Positions 9,586-20,393 of a stretch of 64,000 nucleotides of DNA are shown in pieces. Made by a program: the position numbers and the translations under genes. Below the pieces are notes generated by a model, which was not told where the DNA came from, did no database searches, and saw only the letters and a list, made by a program, of their open reading frames with translations. Within the stretch, counting starts at the first letter, position 1. The number at the start of each line of letters is the position of its first letter. Origin of the DNA: Polyangiaceae bacterium (lineage in GTDB: Bacteria > Myxococcota_A > Polyangia > Polyangiales > Polyangiaceae); assembly GCA_033763455.1 (NCBI GenBank), contig JANRKO010000020.1, forward strand, positions 1 to 64,000, written 5' to 3'.

Positions 9586-10425
9586 ATGCCTCCGACACCC
9601 CCAGCTCCCGACTCCCCCAAGGTACCCTCTGAGTCGCGTTTGCCCGTCAGCCGCGACACTATGTCTCGTTTGGCGCTCAACATGCAGGGGCAGCCGAACG
9701 ACACCACGTGCGGCCCCACATGCCTTCAAGCCACGTACGAATACTTCGGCGATCCGATCACTTTGGATGAGGTTGTGGCCGAAACTCACGAACTTATTCA
9801 GGGAGGCACGTTGGCTGTGCTGCTCGGAACCCATGCACTCAGCCGTGGCTACGACGCCATCGTCTACTCCTACAATCTTGAAGTTTTCGATCCAACCTGG
9901 TCGACGCTGGATTCGAGCGAGCTCGCGGAAAAATTGGACGCTCGACGCAGGTTGTCCCCCACGCTTGCGTCCCGTGGGCTGGGCCACAACCCGAGGCTGC
10001 CCGTCGCGCTTGACGCGTACCACCGGTTCCTCACTCTCGGTGGTGCCTGTCGTTTCGACGAACTCTCCGCGGACCTCATTCGACGCTACCTTAACCTCGG
10101 ATTACCAATCCTGACGGGCGTGAGTGCGACCCATCTTTACCGCTGCCGGCGCATCAACGACGAAGGCAAATACGACGACGTAGGCGGCATGCCAGAAGGC
10201 CATTTTGTCGTACTTTCTGGCTACGATGCGGAACATCAAACCGTGCAAGTGAGCGACCCCTGGTCCGAGGCCCGCCACACGGCGCGCAACTACTGGGTGA
10301 GCATGGATCGGTTGATCAACGCCATCTTGCTCGGAGTGCTCACCTACGACGCCAATCTTCTCGTGATCAAACCTAAGGCTGGCCCCCACTCGGAGCGACC
10401 TTTGAGCCGCCACGTTGTTCCCTGA
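9586..10425 (+). CDS. Papain-fold peptidase C39-like protein
   Basis: QPNDTTCGPTCL (Cys), GHFVVLSGYD (His), VSDP (Asp); start could be 9661. Confidence 0.8.
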   Translation: MPPTPPAPDSPKVPSESRLPVSRDTMSRLALNMQGQPNDTTCGPTCLQATYEYFGDPITLDEVVAETHELIQGGTLAVLLGTHALSRGYDAIVYSYNLEVFDPTWSTLDSSELAEKLDARRRLSPTLASRGLGHNPRLPVALDAYHRFLTLGGACRFDELSADLIRRYLNLGLPILTGVSATHLYRCRRINDEGKYDDVGGMPEGHFVVLSGYDAEHQTVQVSDPWSEARHTARNYWVSMDRLINAILLGVLTYDANLLVIKPKAGPHSERPLSRHVVP

Positions 10426-10446
10426 TCCTTTGCCTAAAAAGCCACC

Positions 10447-11922
10447 ATGCGCGCCCTGATTATCGTCAATTCCCCGAAGGATTGGCCCTTTGAGCTCCCG
10501 GATGTGGACGTTGTTTCAGCGCGCCGCTACCTCACCGACGCTACCTACAGCGAGCTCCGCGGAGTTCATGTTTTCAATCTGTGCAAGAGCTATCGCTACC
10601 AGTCGCTCGGGTACTACGTTTCGTTGCTGGCCACAGCTCGCGGCCACAAGCCCACGCCATCGCTTTCCGCGATCCAGGATCTGAAAGCTATCGAAATTGT
10701 CCGAATTCGTTCCGATGAGTTCGATGATTTGGTGCAAAGCAGCCTCAAGAGCCTCACCTCCACCGAATTCGTTTTGAGCATCTATTTCGGCCAAAATCTC
10801 GCCGTTCGGTACGAACGCTTAAGCGCCCACCTCTTTCGCACCTTCGGGGCGCCGCTCTTGCGAGCCACCTTCCACATCGACGCCGACCAGCACTGGAACC
10901 TTCAAAAGATCGGCCCAATTGCCGCCGATCAGATCCCTGAAGCCCACCGGGATTTCGTGCTTACCGCGGCTCGTGACTATTTCAGTATAAAGCGGCACCA
11001 CGTACCTAAGAGCCGCGCTACGCGTTACGATCTTGCTATCCTCTACGATCCCAGCGCCACTGACGGCCCCTCCGACGAAGCGGCAATCAAGAAGTTCTGC
11101 CGCGCCGCCAACCAGCTGGGCATGGATGCTACCCTCGTAGATCGCAGCGACTATGCGTCCATTGCTGAATTCGACGCACTTTTCATCCGTGAGACCACCA
11201 ACGTCAACCACCACACCTACCGTTTCGCGCGAAGGGCACAAGCCGAAGGTCTTGTAGTAGTGGACGATCCTGATTCTATTCTTCGCTGCACCAACAAAGT
11301 ATTTCTCAATGAGCTCTTGTCACGGCACCGCATTCCGACGCCGAAGACGGTGGTTCTTCATCGCGATAATGTGCACCTTATCGCAACCGAGCTTGGGTTC
11401 CCATGCATCCTTAAGCAGCCTGACAGTGCCTTTTCGCAAGGGGTTATCAAGGTACAATCCGAAACCGAGCTACTTGAGCAAGCCGATCGGATGTTCAACA
11501 AGAGTGAACTCATTATTGCGCAATCTTACCTCCCGACTTCTTTTGACTGGCGGATCGGCATCTTTGATCGCAAGCCCATATGGGCCGCCAAGTATCACAT
11601 GGCACAAGGCCACTGGCAGATCATCAAACAAGGAATGGCTGGGCGGCGTTACGGCCGGGTAGAAGCAGTTCCGTTGAGCGAAGCACCGCAGGTGGTGGTA
11701 AAAACGGCGCTCCGCTCCGCCAATCTCATCGGCGATGGCTTATATGGTGTGGATGTGAAAGAGGTGGGGCGGCGAGCGTACATCGTCGAAGTAAACGATA
11801 ATCCGTCCATCGACTCAGGCTTCGAAGATGGCGTGCTTAAGGCCGAGCTCTACCGATCCGTGATGCAGGTATTTTTTGATCGGCTGGAACATCGCTTCGC
11901 CCGCCACGGAGTTCGGCGCTAA
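10447..11922 (+). CDS. RimK-family ATP-grasp ligase with an N-terminal RLAN-type extension
   Basis: NLCKSYRYQSLGYYVSLLA.ARGH N-domain; FIRETT, LKQPDSAFSQGV, DWRIG, YGVDVKE, EVNDNPSID. Confidence 0.9.
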   Translation: MRALIIVNSPKDWPFELPDVDVVSARRYLTDATYSELRGVHVFNLCKSYRYQSLGYYVSLLATARGHKPTPSLSAIQDLKAIEIVRIRSDEFDDLVQSSLKSLTSTEFVLSIYFGQNLAVRYERLSAHLFRTFGAPLLRATFHIDADQHWNLQKIGPIAADQIPEAHRDFVLTAARDYFSIKRHHVPKSRATRYDLAILYDPSATDGPSDEAAIKKFCRAANQLGMDATLVDRSDYASIAEFDALFIRETTNVNHHTYRFARRAQAEGLVVVDDPDSILRCTNKVFLNELLSRHRIPTPKTVVLHRDNVHLIATELGFPCILKQPDSAFSQGVIKVQSETELLEQADRMFNKSELIIAQSYLPTSFDWRIGIFDRKPIWAAKYHMAQGHWQIIKQGMAGRRYGRVEAVPLSEAPQVVVKTALRSANLIGDGLYGVDVKEVGRRAYIVEVNDNPSIDSGFEDGVLKAELYRSVMQVFFDRLEHRFARHGVRR

Positions 11923-11923
11923 G

Positions 11924-13147
11924 ATGACATTTCACCTTTTTGAACGTTTTGGCGTCGAAATCGAGCACATGATTGTGCAAGAAGCCACGCTCGACGTCTT
12001 GCCGGTAAGCGACCAACTGTTACAGCTAGCAAGCGGCGGTACGGAATCTGAAATCGAAGTGGGCAACGCAGGTTGGTCCAACGAGCTCGTGCTGCACGTA
12101 CTGGAGTTTAAGACTAAAGAGCCGGTTCCAAGCCTTGCGCCAGTTGCGAAAGATCTGCACGCGGGCGTGAGCCGCGCCAATCAGCTCTTGAAGCAGCTCG
12201 GGGGGCGCTTGCTCCCCACCGCCATGCACCCGTGGATGGATCCGTCCCGAGAAACTCACCTGTGGCCTCACGATAGCGCGGAAATCTACAGCGCCTTCAA
12301 TCGCATATTCGATTGCCGTGGCCACGGTTGGTCCAATCTACAAAGTGTGCACATCAATCTGCCGTTTTCTGGCGATGCAGAGTTTGTGCGCCTCCACGCG
12401 GCCATTCGCCTCGTGTTGCCGCTCTTGCCCATGCTGGCCGCCAGTTCCCCGGTAGTCGAAGGAATTGTCACCAGTACTCTCGATAGTCGCTTGGCATTCT
12501 ACCGCAAAAACTGCGCGCGTTTGCCCTGCGTAACGGCGCACGTGATCCCTGAGGCCGTGAGCTCGGAAGCTGAGTATCGCGAACGCATTTTCGCGCCGAT
12601 TGCTAACGCCGTGAGGCCCTTTGACCACGAACACGTTTTGGATCCGGAGTGGGTCAACGCCCGTGGGGCTATCGCTCGCTTCAGCCGCGGCAGCATCGAG
12701 ATCCGAGTGCTGGATGTGCAGGAGTGCCCCGCCATGGATCTTGCGATCGTTCACGCGGTGGTGGCCCTGGTGCGCCACCTGGTCGAAGAACGCGGCCCGA
12801 ACGTAGCAGTGCAGCAGAGCTTCGACGAACAGAGATTGCTGCGGCTCTTCGAAGCGGGAGTGCGCTATGGTTCGCAAGCCCAGCTCGAAGATAAGGGCTA
12901 TCTGGAAGCACTCGGAGGAAATGGCCAGACAGGCAGGGCGCTTTGGGCAAGCCTGTGCGCCCTGTTGGTGAAGGAGGGCCACTTGCCCAGCGCTGAGGCC
13001 TCTCGCTTGGAGTGCATCCTGCGCCAAGGCACGCTCGCTGAGCGGATTTTAGCTAGGCTCGGCCGTGCACCGACGCGTGAACGCCTGCTCGCTGTCTACA
13101 CCGAGCTCGGGCATTGCCTCGATCAGAACCTCACGTACGAGGTATGA
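11924..13147 (+). CDS. Glutamate-cysteine ligase family 2 (GCS2)-like carboxylate-amine ligase
   Basis: FGVEIEHMIV, SNELVLHVLEFKT, PTAMHPWM, NLQSVHINL, NARGAIARF, IEIRVLDVQE. Confidence 0.88.
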   Translation: MTFHLFERFGVEIEHMIVQEATLDVLPVSDQLLQLASGGTESEIEVGNAGWSNELVLHVLEFKTKEPVPSLAPVAKDLHAGVSRANQLLKQLGGRLLPTAMHPWMDPSRETHLWPHDSAEIYSAFNRIFDCRGHGWSNLQSVHINLPFSGDAEFVRLHAAIRLVLPLLPMLAASSPVVEGIVTSTLDSRLAFYRKNCARLPCVTAHVIPEAVSSEAEYRERIFAPIANAVRPFDHEHVLDPEWVNARGAIARFSRGSIEIRVLDVQECPAMDLAIVHAVVALVRHLVEERGPNVAVQQSFDEQRLLRLFEAGVRYGSQAQLEDKGYLEALGGNGQTGRALWASLCALLVKEGHLPSAEASRLECILRQGTLAERILARLGRAPTRERLLAVYTELGHCLDQNLTYEV

Positions 13148-13863
13148 GCATGGGCAAGGCTCGGCACTCCCGCGGCACGCAACTCCTGGTATCCTGCGAA
13201 CACGCTAGCCCCCACGTTCCAGCGCGTTTCGCTCCGCTATTTCAGGACGCCAGGCCTCTACTTTCAACTCACCGCGCGTTTGATCAAGGCGCGCTCGGAG
13301 TTGCACGTGCCTTAGCAACGGCTTGGGAATGCCCTCTCATCACCGGCGAGGTAACACGCCTCCTGATCGATCTTAACCGCTCTTACGGCAACCGCGGGCT
13401 TTACTCAGAATTCACCCGCCAGCTACCACGTGCAGAAAAACGCTACCTATTGGAGCGCTACTACCTACCCTATCGGCAGCGCATATTCGCGGCTATCGCC
13501 GAGCCGCCTAGCCACGCACCCGTCATCCACCTCAGCGTGCATTCATTTACGCCGAGCCTGGACGGCAAAGTCCGAAACACGGAGGTGGGGCTGCTCTTCG
13601 ATCCAGCCCGCACTCGCGAGTTGCGGATTGCCGAAGCGCTACGCACGGCGTTCTTGCGGGTCTGCCCAACCGTCCGGGTACGCTTCAACTACCCCTACCG
13701 AGGCACCTCCGACGGCCTCACCCAAAGCCTCCGGGGTTGGTTGGCAAACGAACGGTACGCGGGCATTGAGGTTGAGTTCAACCAGGGGTGTGAAGCGTTG
13801 TGGCGTCGGCGCGCTTTTCAAACCGCCCTCGCGCGGGCTTGGGCCGAGGCCCTTGCCACTTAA
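13144..13863 (+). CDS. N-formylglutamate amidohydrolase-family (Zn peptidase fold) protein
   Basis: [48 protein letters not shown]. Confidence 0.85.
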   Translation: MSMGKARHSRGTQLLVSCEHASPHVPARFAPLFQDARPLLSTHRAFDQGALGVARALATAWECPLITGEVTRLLIDLNRSYGNRGLYSEFTRQLPRAEKRYLLERYYLPYRQRIFAAIAEPPSHAPVIHLSVHSFTPSLDGKVRNTEVGLLFDPARTRELRIAEALRTAFLRVCPTVRVRFNYPYRGTSDGLTQSLRGWLANERYAGIEVEFNQGCEALWRRRAFQTALARAWAEALAT

Positions 13864-16589
13864 GCAACTTGAGATTCGAACCGCGCGCGCACCGTTTCAA
13901 ATTCTGCACGCAAGGCTGCCGAAAGCGCCTCTTGCTCGGCTTTGCCCTCGGGCGTTGGTGGGGCCATCGCACTCTCCTCAAGGCGCGCGCAAATTGCGGC
14001 CATCGGCTTTACGCCGACAACCGAGCACCCGCCCTTAAGCTTATGAGCGGCGGTCTTTAGCGTGGAAAGATCACCCGCAGCCACCGCCTCCACGATCATT
14101 TCTACCTGAGCTGGTACGTGCTTTAGAAAGACAGCAACCACTGTCTTGCTGAGCGGCTTGAGGCTTTCGCCGAGCACCACCGTCGAAGCCTCAGGCCTTT
14201 GGGGAGCCCCTTCTGCCGGCGCTCGTTCGCTGACTATCGGCCGCACCGCCCTCGCCTCATCCACCAGCTTGCCCACGAGTGGCTCGGACGTTCCGACGGA
14301 CCCAAGCGGTGGCACAGAAGATATGGGGTGCCGGGCTAGAAGGTTGCCCGCATGGCAGTAACGTTTTACTAAGGCGCGCAAAGTACGCGCGGCGATCGGT
14401 TTGGTAACGTAGTCGTTCACCCCGGCGTCGCGTGCGCGTTGTTCTTCCTGGGCGAGCGCATGAGCCGTCACGGCAATGATTGGTATGGATGCAAAACGCC
14501 CCCCTTTGGCCCGAATGAGCTCCGTGGCCGTATAGCCATCCAGAACGGGCATTTGGCAGTCCATGAGCACCATATCGAAGTCCTGCTTCTCAAGAGCAGA
14601 AATCCCCAATTTCCCGTTCTCGGCGAGCGTTACCTCGCAGCCCACCGCACCCAGCATCTCTCGAATCACCTCACGGTTCACGTCGTTATCTTCGACCACC
14701 AGAACCCGAGGTTTTGCAACAAACGGCAGATTAAAGGTTCGCTCCGCTGTGGCGCGCACAGTGGCCGAACTGGCGAAGTCCATACCTTTAGCACGGGCCA
14801 GAGCGTTGTAGAGGTCAAGTGAACGAACAGGCTTCGAAAGCGAGACCTCAAACTGCGCGTCATTTGAGGAGCTCAGCTGTCGCCCAACATCGGTGAGTCG
14901 AATCCACTTGGGCTGAGGTACGGTCGCTCCCAAAGAATCAAGGAGCACGGAGGCATCCGGCAGATCCACAAGCACAACGTCGTACGGCGCCCTCTGCTCA
15001 GCGGCCGCCTTGAGCGCAGCGCTCGCAAGTGCACTTGTAGTCACTAAAGTGGCTGTGAGCGACCACTCTTTGAGCCGCCGCACTAGACTTTCGCCAAGCT
15101 TGGAGTTGCTCACCGCAACCAATACAGCGATTTCAGGCAGGGCGCAGCGCGGTTGTTCAGTGACTACCGACACTTGCTCGGAGTTTACCGTCGGCACCTG
15201 AATGGAAAACGAGAATACGCTCCCCTGGCCAACTCCACTTCTGAGCGTAAGGCTTCCACCCATGAGCTCCACAAGTTGTTTGGAGATTGCGAGGCCGAGG
15301 CCCGTTCCGCCCTGCTTGCGTGTGAACGAGCCATCGACTTGGGAGAAGGCTTCAAACAACGCCTCTTGATCTTGAGGGGCGATGCCAATTCCACTATCGG
15401 CCACCTCGAACGTGAGGGTAGTAGGCTCACCATCCGTTGCAGGATGCGATGCGGCGAGGCTCAAGACAATTTGCCCGCTGTCAGTGAACTTTACTGCATT
15501 GCTGACCAAATTCAGCAACACCTGTCGCAGCCGGTCGCGGTCCCCTGCGATCCAACGTGGCACACCAGGCCCAAGATCCGCGAAGATCTCAACACCTTTG
15601 GACTGCGCGTGGGTAGCGTAAAGCTCAGTAACTTCTTCGGTCAAAGATTCGATGGCAAAGTTCTGCGTACGCAACGTCAGCTTGCCGGCCTCCATCTTGG
15701 AGAAATCCAAGATATCATTCAAGATCCCCATGAGGCCATGTGCTGAGCGCTGAGCCATTTCAGCGAACCGCAACGGCTTGGCCGGGAGATCCCCGCTCAA
15801 CAAGAGGTCTAGCATGCCCAAGATGCCGTTCATCGGTGTGCGAATTTCGTGGCTCATATTGGCCAAAAATTCACTCTTCAGGCGCGCTGCTTCCAAGGCC
15901 TGGGCAGTCGTCGTCTCCAGCCGTTTGAAAGCAGCCTCGGTTACACGCACGAGCGGCCCAATGTAGAAGTTAACAAATAGAAGGCTAACGAATAACGCTG
16001 CCACGCAACCCAAGCCAGCGGTGAATAAGATGCTGCTGCGCAACCGCGCTCCGGCCTCAATCCGTTCGGTGGATACCACTACAGCTATCCGGCCAACGAC
16101 CCCGCCCTCGATTTCTGCCTGATCCCACGCAAAAAGGTAGCCATTTTCGGCGTGGATCTTGCGCCTTTCCCCTGAGAAAAGCGCACTCACCTTACCTGGC
16201 ACACTGCCATAGCTAGTAATAACGTGGTTCTCGTTGTCGAGTGCGACCAGCGCTCGCACATCTTTATCCGTCCTGTATTCCCCGAAAGCTTCTTGGATAA
16301 GTTTGCCGTCGGAGACAACAAAACCAAGTTCAGCCGTGTTGGCGAGCTCGGTGGCACCACGGCGAGCTTTCCACTCTAAATCGCGCGCAATAGCGGGCGT
16401 GAGCTTGTCGAAGATCTGCGTAACCAGCAAAAGACCAAGCCCCATCATGCAAAGTAGTAGCAAGCTTACGAATGCCGTCAGCAGCACCTTGATGCGAAAA
16501 GTCGAAAGGACCTTGGCTCGCTGCTCACCCAGTACGGAGAGCTGAGCGTCAGCAGGGCTCTGGGTCGGTGGTGGATTCGGAGCAGGCAT
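13860..16589 (-). CDS. Membrane hybrid histidine kinase (2 TM, HisKA, HATPase, degenerate REC, REC, Hpt)
   Basis: [54 protein letters not shown]. Confidence 0.93.
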   Translation of the reverse strand: MPAPNPPPTQSPADAQLSVLGEQRAKVLSTFRIKVLLTAFVSLLLLCMMGLGLLLVTQIFDKLTPAIARDLEWKARRGATELANTAELGFVVSDGKLIQEAFGEYRTDKDVRALVALDNENHVITSYGSVPGKVSALFSGERRKIHAENGYLFAWDQAEIEGGVVGRIAVVVSTERIEAGARLRSSILFTAGLGCVAALFVSLLFVNFYIGPLVRVTEAAFKRLETTTAQALEAARLKSEFLANMSHEIRTPMNGILGMLDLLLSGDLPAKPLRFAEMAQRSAHGLMGILNDILDFSKMEAGKLTLRTQNFAIESLTEEVTELYATHAQSKGVEIFADLGPGVPRWIAGDRDRLRQVLLNLVSNAVKFTDSGQIVLSLAASHPATDGEPTTLTFEVADSGIGIAPQDQEALFEAFSQVDGSFTRKQGGTGLGLAISKQLVELMGGSLTLRSGVGQGSVFSFSIQVPTVNSEQVSVVTEQPRCALPEIAVLVAVSNSKLGESLVRRLKEWSLTATLVTTSALASAALKAAAEQRAPYDVVLVDLPDASVLLDSLGATVPQPKWIRLTDVGRQLSSSNDAQFEVSLSKPVRSLDLYNALARAKGMDFASSATVRATAERTFNLPFVAKPRVLVVEDNDVNREVIREMLGAVGCEVTLAENGKLGISALEKQDFDMVLMDCQMPVLDGYTATELIRAKGGRFASIPIIAVTAHALAQEEQRARDAGVNDYVTKPIAARTLRALVKRYCHAGNLLARHPISSVPPLGSVGTSEPLVGKLVDEARAVRPIVSERAPAEGAPQRPEASTVVLGESLKPLSKTVVAVFLKHVPAQVEMIVEAVAAGDLSTLKTAAHKLKGGCSVVGVKPMAAICARLEESAMAPPTPEGKAEQEALSAALRAEFETVRARFESQVA

Positions 16590-16778
16590 GGTTGGAGCAA
16601 GGGTAAAGAGGTGGAGCCACCTGAACGCCGTAACGGACGAGACCCACAGCTAGTTTAGCAGGCGCCCCTGCGGGATCGCCTCGGGGAACCCGCGGCCAGG
16701 TGGCCAACCGCCAGCTTCTCGCACTTTTTTGGCGATGGCGCTCTTTGCTTCCGCGTTGCGGGAGCCGTTTCCGCTGAG

Positions 16779-17177
16779 ATGAACGCGCCCCGTGTTGCCC
16801 GGAAGGTGAAGGTCCTCATGGTCGACGATGATCCCATAGTGCTTGAAACCTGTCGTGAGTGGTTAGTCGCCGCAGGCTTCGAAGTCGCCGTTCGCGACCA
16901 GGCACTCGGTACGTCGCGTCTGATTTCACAGTGGCTGCCTGATATCGTGCTCCTCGACGTGATGATGCCGGCGCTCGGCGGAACGGACTTGGCGCTTCTC
17001 TTGAAGAAGAGCGCTCTCACCCAGAAAATCCACATCGTGCTGCACTCCAGCAAACCCGACGCAGAGCTTAGCGCACTCATCGCTCAAACGGGTGCCCTTG
17101 GGGCCATTTCGAAGAACTCTGACGGAGAAGCATTCATCGCGGCCTTTCGCTCTTTGAGCAAGCAAGCGGGCTTATAA
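16779..17177 (+). CDS. Single-domain response regulator (REC)
   Basis: VDDD, LLDVMMP, terminal ISK. Confidence 0.85.
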   Translation: MNAPRVARKVKVLMVDDDPIVLETCREWLVAAGFEVAVRDQALGTSRLISQWLPDIVLLDVMMPALGGTDLALLLKKSALTQKIHIVLHSSKPDAELSALIAQTGALGAISKNSDGEAFIAAFRSLSKQAGL

Positions 17178-17191
17178 GGGGCCTCATTCAT

Positions 17192-17884
17192 ATGCGAAAC
17201 CAACAAAGCTCTTTCATGGAACCACCCCGAAACCAAACGCTCCGACGTCTGCTCTTCTGCGCTGCCCTGTTGGGTGCCGGCGCCTGCGTCTACGACGCCA
17301 GCGAAAAATGCAGCACCAACCAACGCTATTGGAATGAAACCTGTATCTGCGTTGAAGGCGCCGTTCAATTGCCTAACGGATGCGTTCCATGTGGAGAAAA
17401 CGAAACCCCAGTGGGCAATGAGTGCGCCTGTGTGGCCGGCTACGAGCGACTCGAGGCTGGCGCTAAGTGCACGCCACGCGCGTCACAGCTTGGGGTTGCC
17501 TGTGACACCGCGAGCACCCCCTGCAGCGATCCCAATTTCTCCGAATGTCACGTCGTGAGCGGAACTTCCGGATACTGCACGAGCACCGGGTGCAGCGCGG
17601 AGAAGCCTTGCACCGGAGATTACGCGTGCGACACCAATGCTTCTGTTCCTTATTGCCGCCGGCCTCCCGTGGGCGCTGGGAAGGCGTGCGCCGCCCCAGC
17701 CGATTGCGCTTCCACCGAGGCCACGTATTGCGAAAGCTTCTCCACTAAACAATGTTTCGTACAAGGCTGTACCCAGAGTCCTAACAGTTGCTTTCCAGGC
17801 ATGGAGTGTTGCCTCATCAGCTTGCTCGGCAAGACCCTCTGTCTGCCTCCAGGTGGTTGCGCCAAGGCGGGAGGTACCCAGTGA
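17192..17884 (+). CDS. Cysteine-rich lipoprotein
   Basis: Lipobox-like LLGAGAC followed by many small Cys modules; start may be 17216. Confidence 0.7.
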   Translation: MRNQQSSFMEPPRNQTLRRLLFCAALLGAGACVYDASEKCSTNQRYWNETCICVEGAVQLPNGCVPCGENETPVGNECACVAGYERLEAGAKCTPRASQLGVACDTASTPCSDPNFSECHVVSGTSGYCTSTGCSAEKPCTGDYACDTNASVPYCRRPPVGAGKACAAPADCASTEATYCESFSTKQCFVQGCTQSPNSCFPGMECCLISLLGKTLCLPPGGCAKAGGTQ

Positions 17885-19407
17885 GACACACGTTTTGGAT
17901 GGGCATCGCCCTTGCTGGCTTCGCAAGCTGGACGCCCCTATCCGCCTCGGCAGAGGAAAGCAGTGAACCAATAGACGCGGCTTCGAGCTCAGGCGTCGTT
18001 CGAGGAGCTCCGTCAAACAGCCCAACACCGCCTCCCGCGACTTCCGATAGCGAAACAACCGACTTGGGGCCCGGGGCTCCAACCACAACGCCAAGCGAGG
18101 CACCTTCACACGCAGCAGAGAGCACGAACAATCAACAAGCCGCCACAGGTGCCACCCCAATCGCTTCGGATCCCCAGCCTGCGCCCCAGAAACTGAGCGA
18201 CGAGGAACTTCTTACTCTCGACAACGGAGAGCTCCCCACAGATTTAACGGACGACGCCCCAGCACTGCAACTCTACGGTTTCGCGGACTTCACCTACTCC
18301 GGGTTACTTATCGGAGACAACAACCGGTGGGCTCAAATCTACCACCCGTATGCGAGCTTCGCGGTGGGAAACCTCAACGTCTACCTAGCCTCCGAGCTGG
18401 GGCGAGATTGGCGCGCATTGAGCGAAGTGCGCTTCACGTATCTGCCGCACGGTTCAGAAAGGATAGTAAATGGTGTCACCGAACGAGCCGATGGCACAGC
18501 CAACAACTACGCGGATTTCGAGCGACCTGTCCAAGTGGGCGGCGTCATTTTGGAGCGCGCTTGGCTCGAATACACCCTCACCACCAACTTCACCCTCCGT
18601 GCCGGCCAATGGCTCACGCCTTACGGCATTTGGAACGTTGACCACGGCTCGCCCACGCTGATCGCAACCCACCGCCCTTTTACGATCGGCGAGGAACTTT
18701 TCCCCGAACGGCAAACAGGCCTTGAACTCCATGGGAAGTATAACCTCGGCGAGACTGATCTAGGCTACCACTTAACGCTTTCCAACGGCCGCGGCCCCGT
18801 GGACTCCTATCATGACTTCGACCGCAACAAAGCAATCGGAGCACGAGTTTTCCTCGAAACGCGAGTACTGCCCGGTCTTTTGACGGCGGGTGGCTCCTTC
18901 TACAAAGGAACCTATACAGATCGGGCTGAACTGAACTCCGTGGACTCATCTTCCGGCGAGCCCATCCTTTCGATCTCGCGCCCGATAGTGGAAAAATACC
19001 ATGAGCTTAGCCTAGCCGCAGATGCAAAGTGGGAATGGAAAGGCCTGCAGACGCAGAGCGAAGTCATTTTAAATCAAGCGGCCTACGATGTGCGGGGCGC
19101 GAGGCAGGGCCTCAATGGATCCTACTTCACTGCCGATTATCAGCGCTGGGGGGTGTACGGCTTAGTTGCGTACCAGCTGCCGTGGGTTCCGGTGATGCCC
19201 TACACGATCGTCGAGTACTACAACTTCGCCAACCGCCCTGAAGTTCCGCCCGGCGGCGGCGTTTACCTGGGGCTCAACGTGCGTCCTATCCCGCGCGTTA
19301 CGCTAAAAGGCCAATATACCTATGGCACTTTCGACGGGCTCGGCAGCTTGGGGCTCGGCAGAGATTCGATCAGCATTTTTGAACTGCAAGCAGCCTGGAG
19401 CTTCTGA
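17881..19407 (+). CDS. Putative outer-membrane beta-barrel (porin-like) with a disordered N-terminus
   Basis: Signal peptide, LQLYGFADFTY, LERAWLEY, LRAGQWLTPYGIWN, C-terminal QAAWSF with terminal Phe; GTG start overlaps the upstream TGA. Confidence 0.75.
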   Translation: MRHTFWMGIALAGFASWTPLSASAEESSEPIDAASSSGVVRGAPSNSPTPPPATSDSETTDLGPGAPTTTPSEAPSHAAESTNNQQAATGATPIASDPQPAPQKLSDEELLTLDNGELPTDLTDDAPALQLYGFADFTYSGLLIGDNNRWAQIYHPYASFAVGNLNVYLASELGRDWRALSEVRFTYLPHGSERIVNGVTERADGTANNYADFERPVQVGGVILERAWLEYTLTTNFTLRAGQWLTPYGIWNVDHGSPTLIATHRPFTIGEELFPERQTGLELHGKYNLGETDLGYHLTLSNGRGPVDSYHDFDRNKAIGARVFLETRVLPGLLTAGGSFYKGTYTDRAELNSVDSSSGEPILSISRPIVEKYHELSLAADAKWEWKGLQTQSEVILNQAAYDVRGARQGLNGSYFTADYQRWGVYGLVAYQLPWVPVMPYTIVEYYNFANRPEVPPGGGVYLGLNVRPIPRVTLKGQYTYGTFDGLGSLGLGRDSISIFELQAAWSF

Positions 19408-19410
19408 GGT

Positions 19411-19899
19411 ATGTTGTGCGTTCGTTCCAACCGTGTGCAACGCCGTCAGCTTCTTCTGCTGGGCGTGGCAAGCTTTGCGGTAAACGGCGTTCAAGCGGCC
19501 TCGGATCCTTTGGTGGTGATCGTAGGGCCCGCCACCAATATTGATGGCTTGGAGTTCGGAGTTCTCCAGCGGATGTTTCGCGGCGAGGCTGTGAATTACG
19601 CGGGGAGCCGACGCGCCGTTCCTTTCAACCATCCCGTACAAACGTCAGAACGACGAGAGTTCGATCGCGTGGTCCTCGGCCTCTCTCCCGATGAGGTCGC
19701 ACGCTATTGGATTAACCGCAAGATCCGTGGGCAGTCCGGGCCACCGCGCACTGTGCCCTCTTCGGCACTTTTGCTACGAGTGGTAGCCCAACTCAAAGGT
19801 GCGATTGGCTACGTTCGGTCAAGCCAACTCAACGGGTCGGTGCGCCCGCTCCGAATCGACGGCAAGGCACACACAGACCGCGACTATCGGCTCGGCTAA
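19411..19899 (+). CDS. Small single-lobe periplasmic binding protein-like (PstS-like family)
   Basis: LVVIVGP, LQRMFRG, R.EFDR.VLG, YW....IRG..GPP, VAQLKGAIGYV. Confidence 0.7.
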   Translation: MLCVRSNRVQRRQLLLLGVASFAVNGVQAASDPLVVIVGPATNIDGLEFGVLQRMFRGEAVNYAGSRRAVPFNHPVQTSERREFDRVVLGLSPDEVARYWINRKIRGQSGPPRTVPSSALLLRVVAQLKGAIGYVRSSQLNGSVRPLRIDGKAHTDRDYRLG

Positions 19900-19907
19900 C
19901 CGGGCGG

Positions 19908-20363
19908 CTACTTGTCCTTGAGGCTGGCCACCACAGCCTTCAAACCATCAACATTCTTGATGCGCGCCACACGCTGCACGAGCTCCCCACCCACCTGCTC
20001 CTCGATCTCTTCCAGCTCCTTGACCACCCCAAGCTCCGTCGCAAAGCGCTTCACGAGGGCGCGCTCTTGGGCGGAATACAAGCCATCTGCATAGCCCAGA
20101 AAAACGCACGAGCGGAGAAACGTGTCCTTCAGCTCGGGCGTATTGAGCACCTCCTTAGCGTGCGTCAAATCAAACTCTCCGGCGATCAGATCTTCAAACC
20201 CGGAAAGCCCAGCTACCTCCTGGCGGCAACCTTCGTAAAATTCTCGCAAGAGAACGAGCTCCACCTGGTGCACCCCGTCTGCTTTCGCCACGGCGTGCAT
20301 ACCTCGCACAATGACCTGAACGTGATCCAACCCAAGGTTCACGGTGCCCAATGATTCAGTCAT
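19908..20363 (-). CDS. TerB-like protein
   Basis: Two TerB-type motifs: VAKADG...E and GYADG.YS.QE. Confidence 0.75.
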   Translation of the reverse strand: MTESLGTVNLGLDHVQVIVRGMHAVAKADGVHQVELVLLREFYEGCRQEVAGLSGFEDLIAGEFDLTHAKEVLNTPELKDTFLRSCVFLGYADGLYSAQERALVKRFATELGVVKELEEIEEQVGGELVQRVARIKNVDGLKAVVASLKDK

Positions 20364-20393
20364 AACAACGTCCTTCCCAACAAAACTTCAAAG

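Noticed and set aside
9440..9598. N-terminal extension of the GH31 ORF (and similar extensions at 17788, 23911, 45621 and 56015)
   Set aside because: They overlap neighbouring genes or promoters; downstream starts fit domain boundaries better
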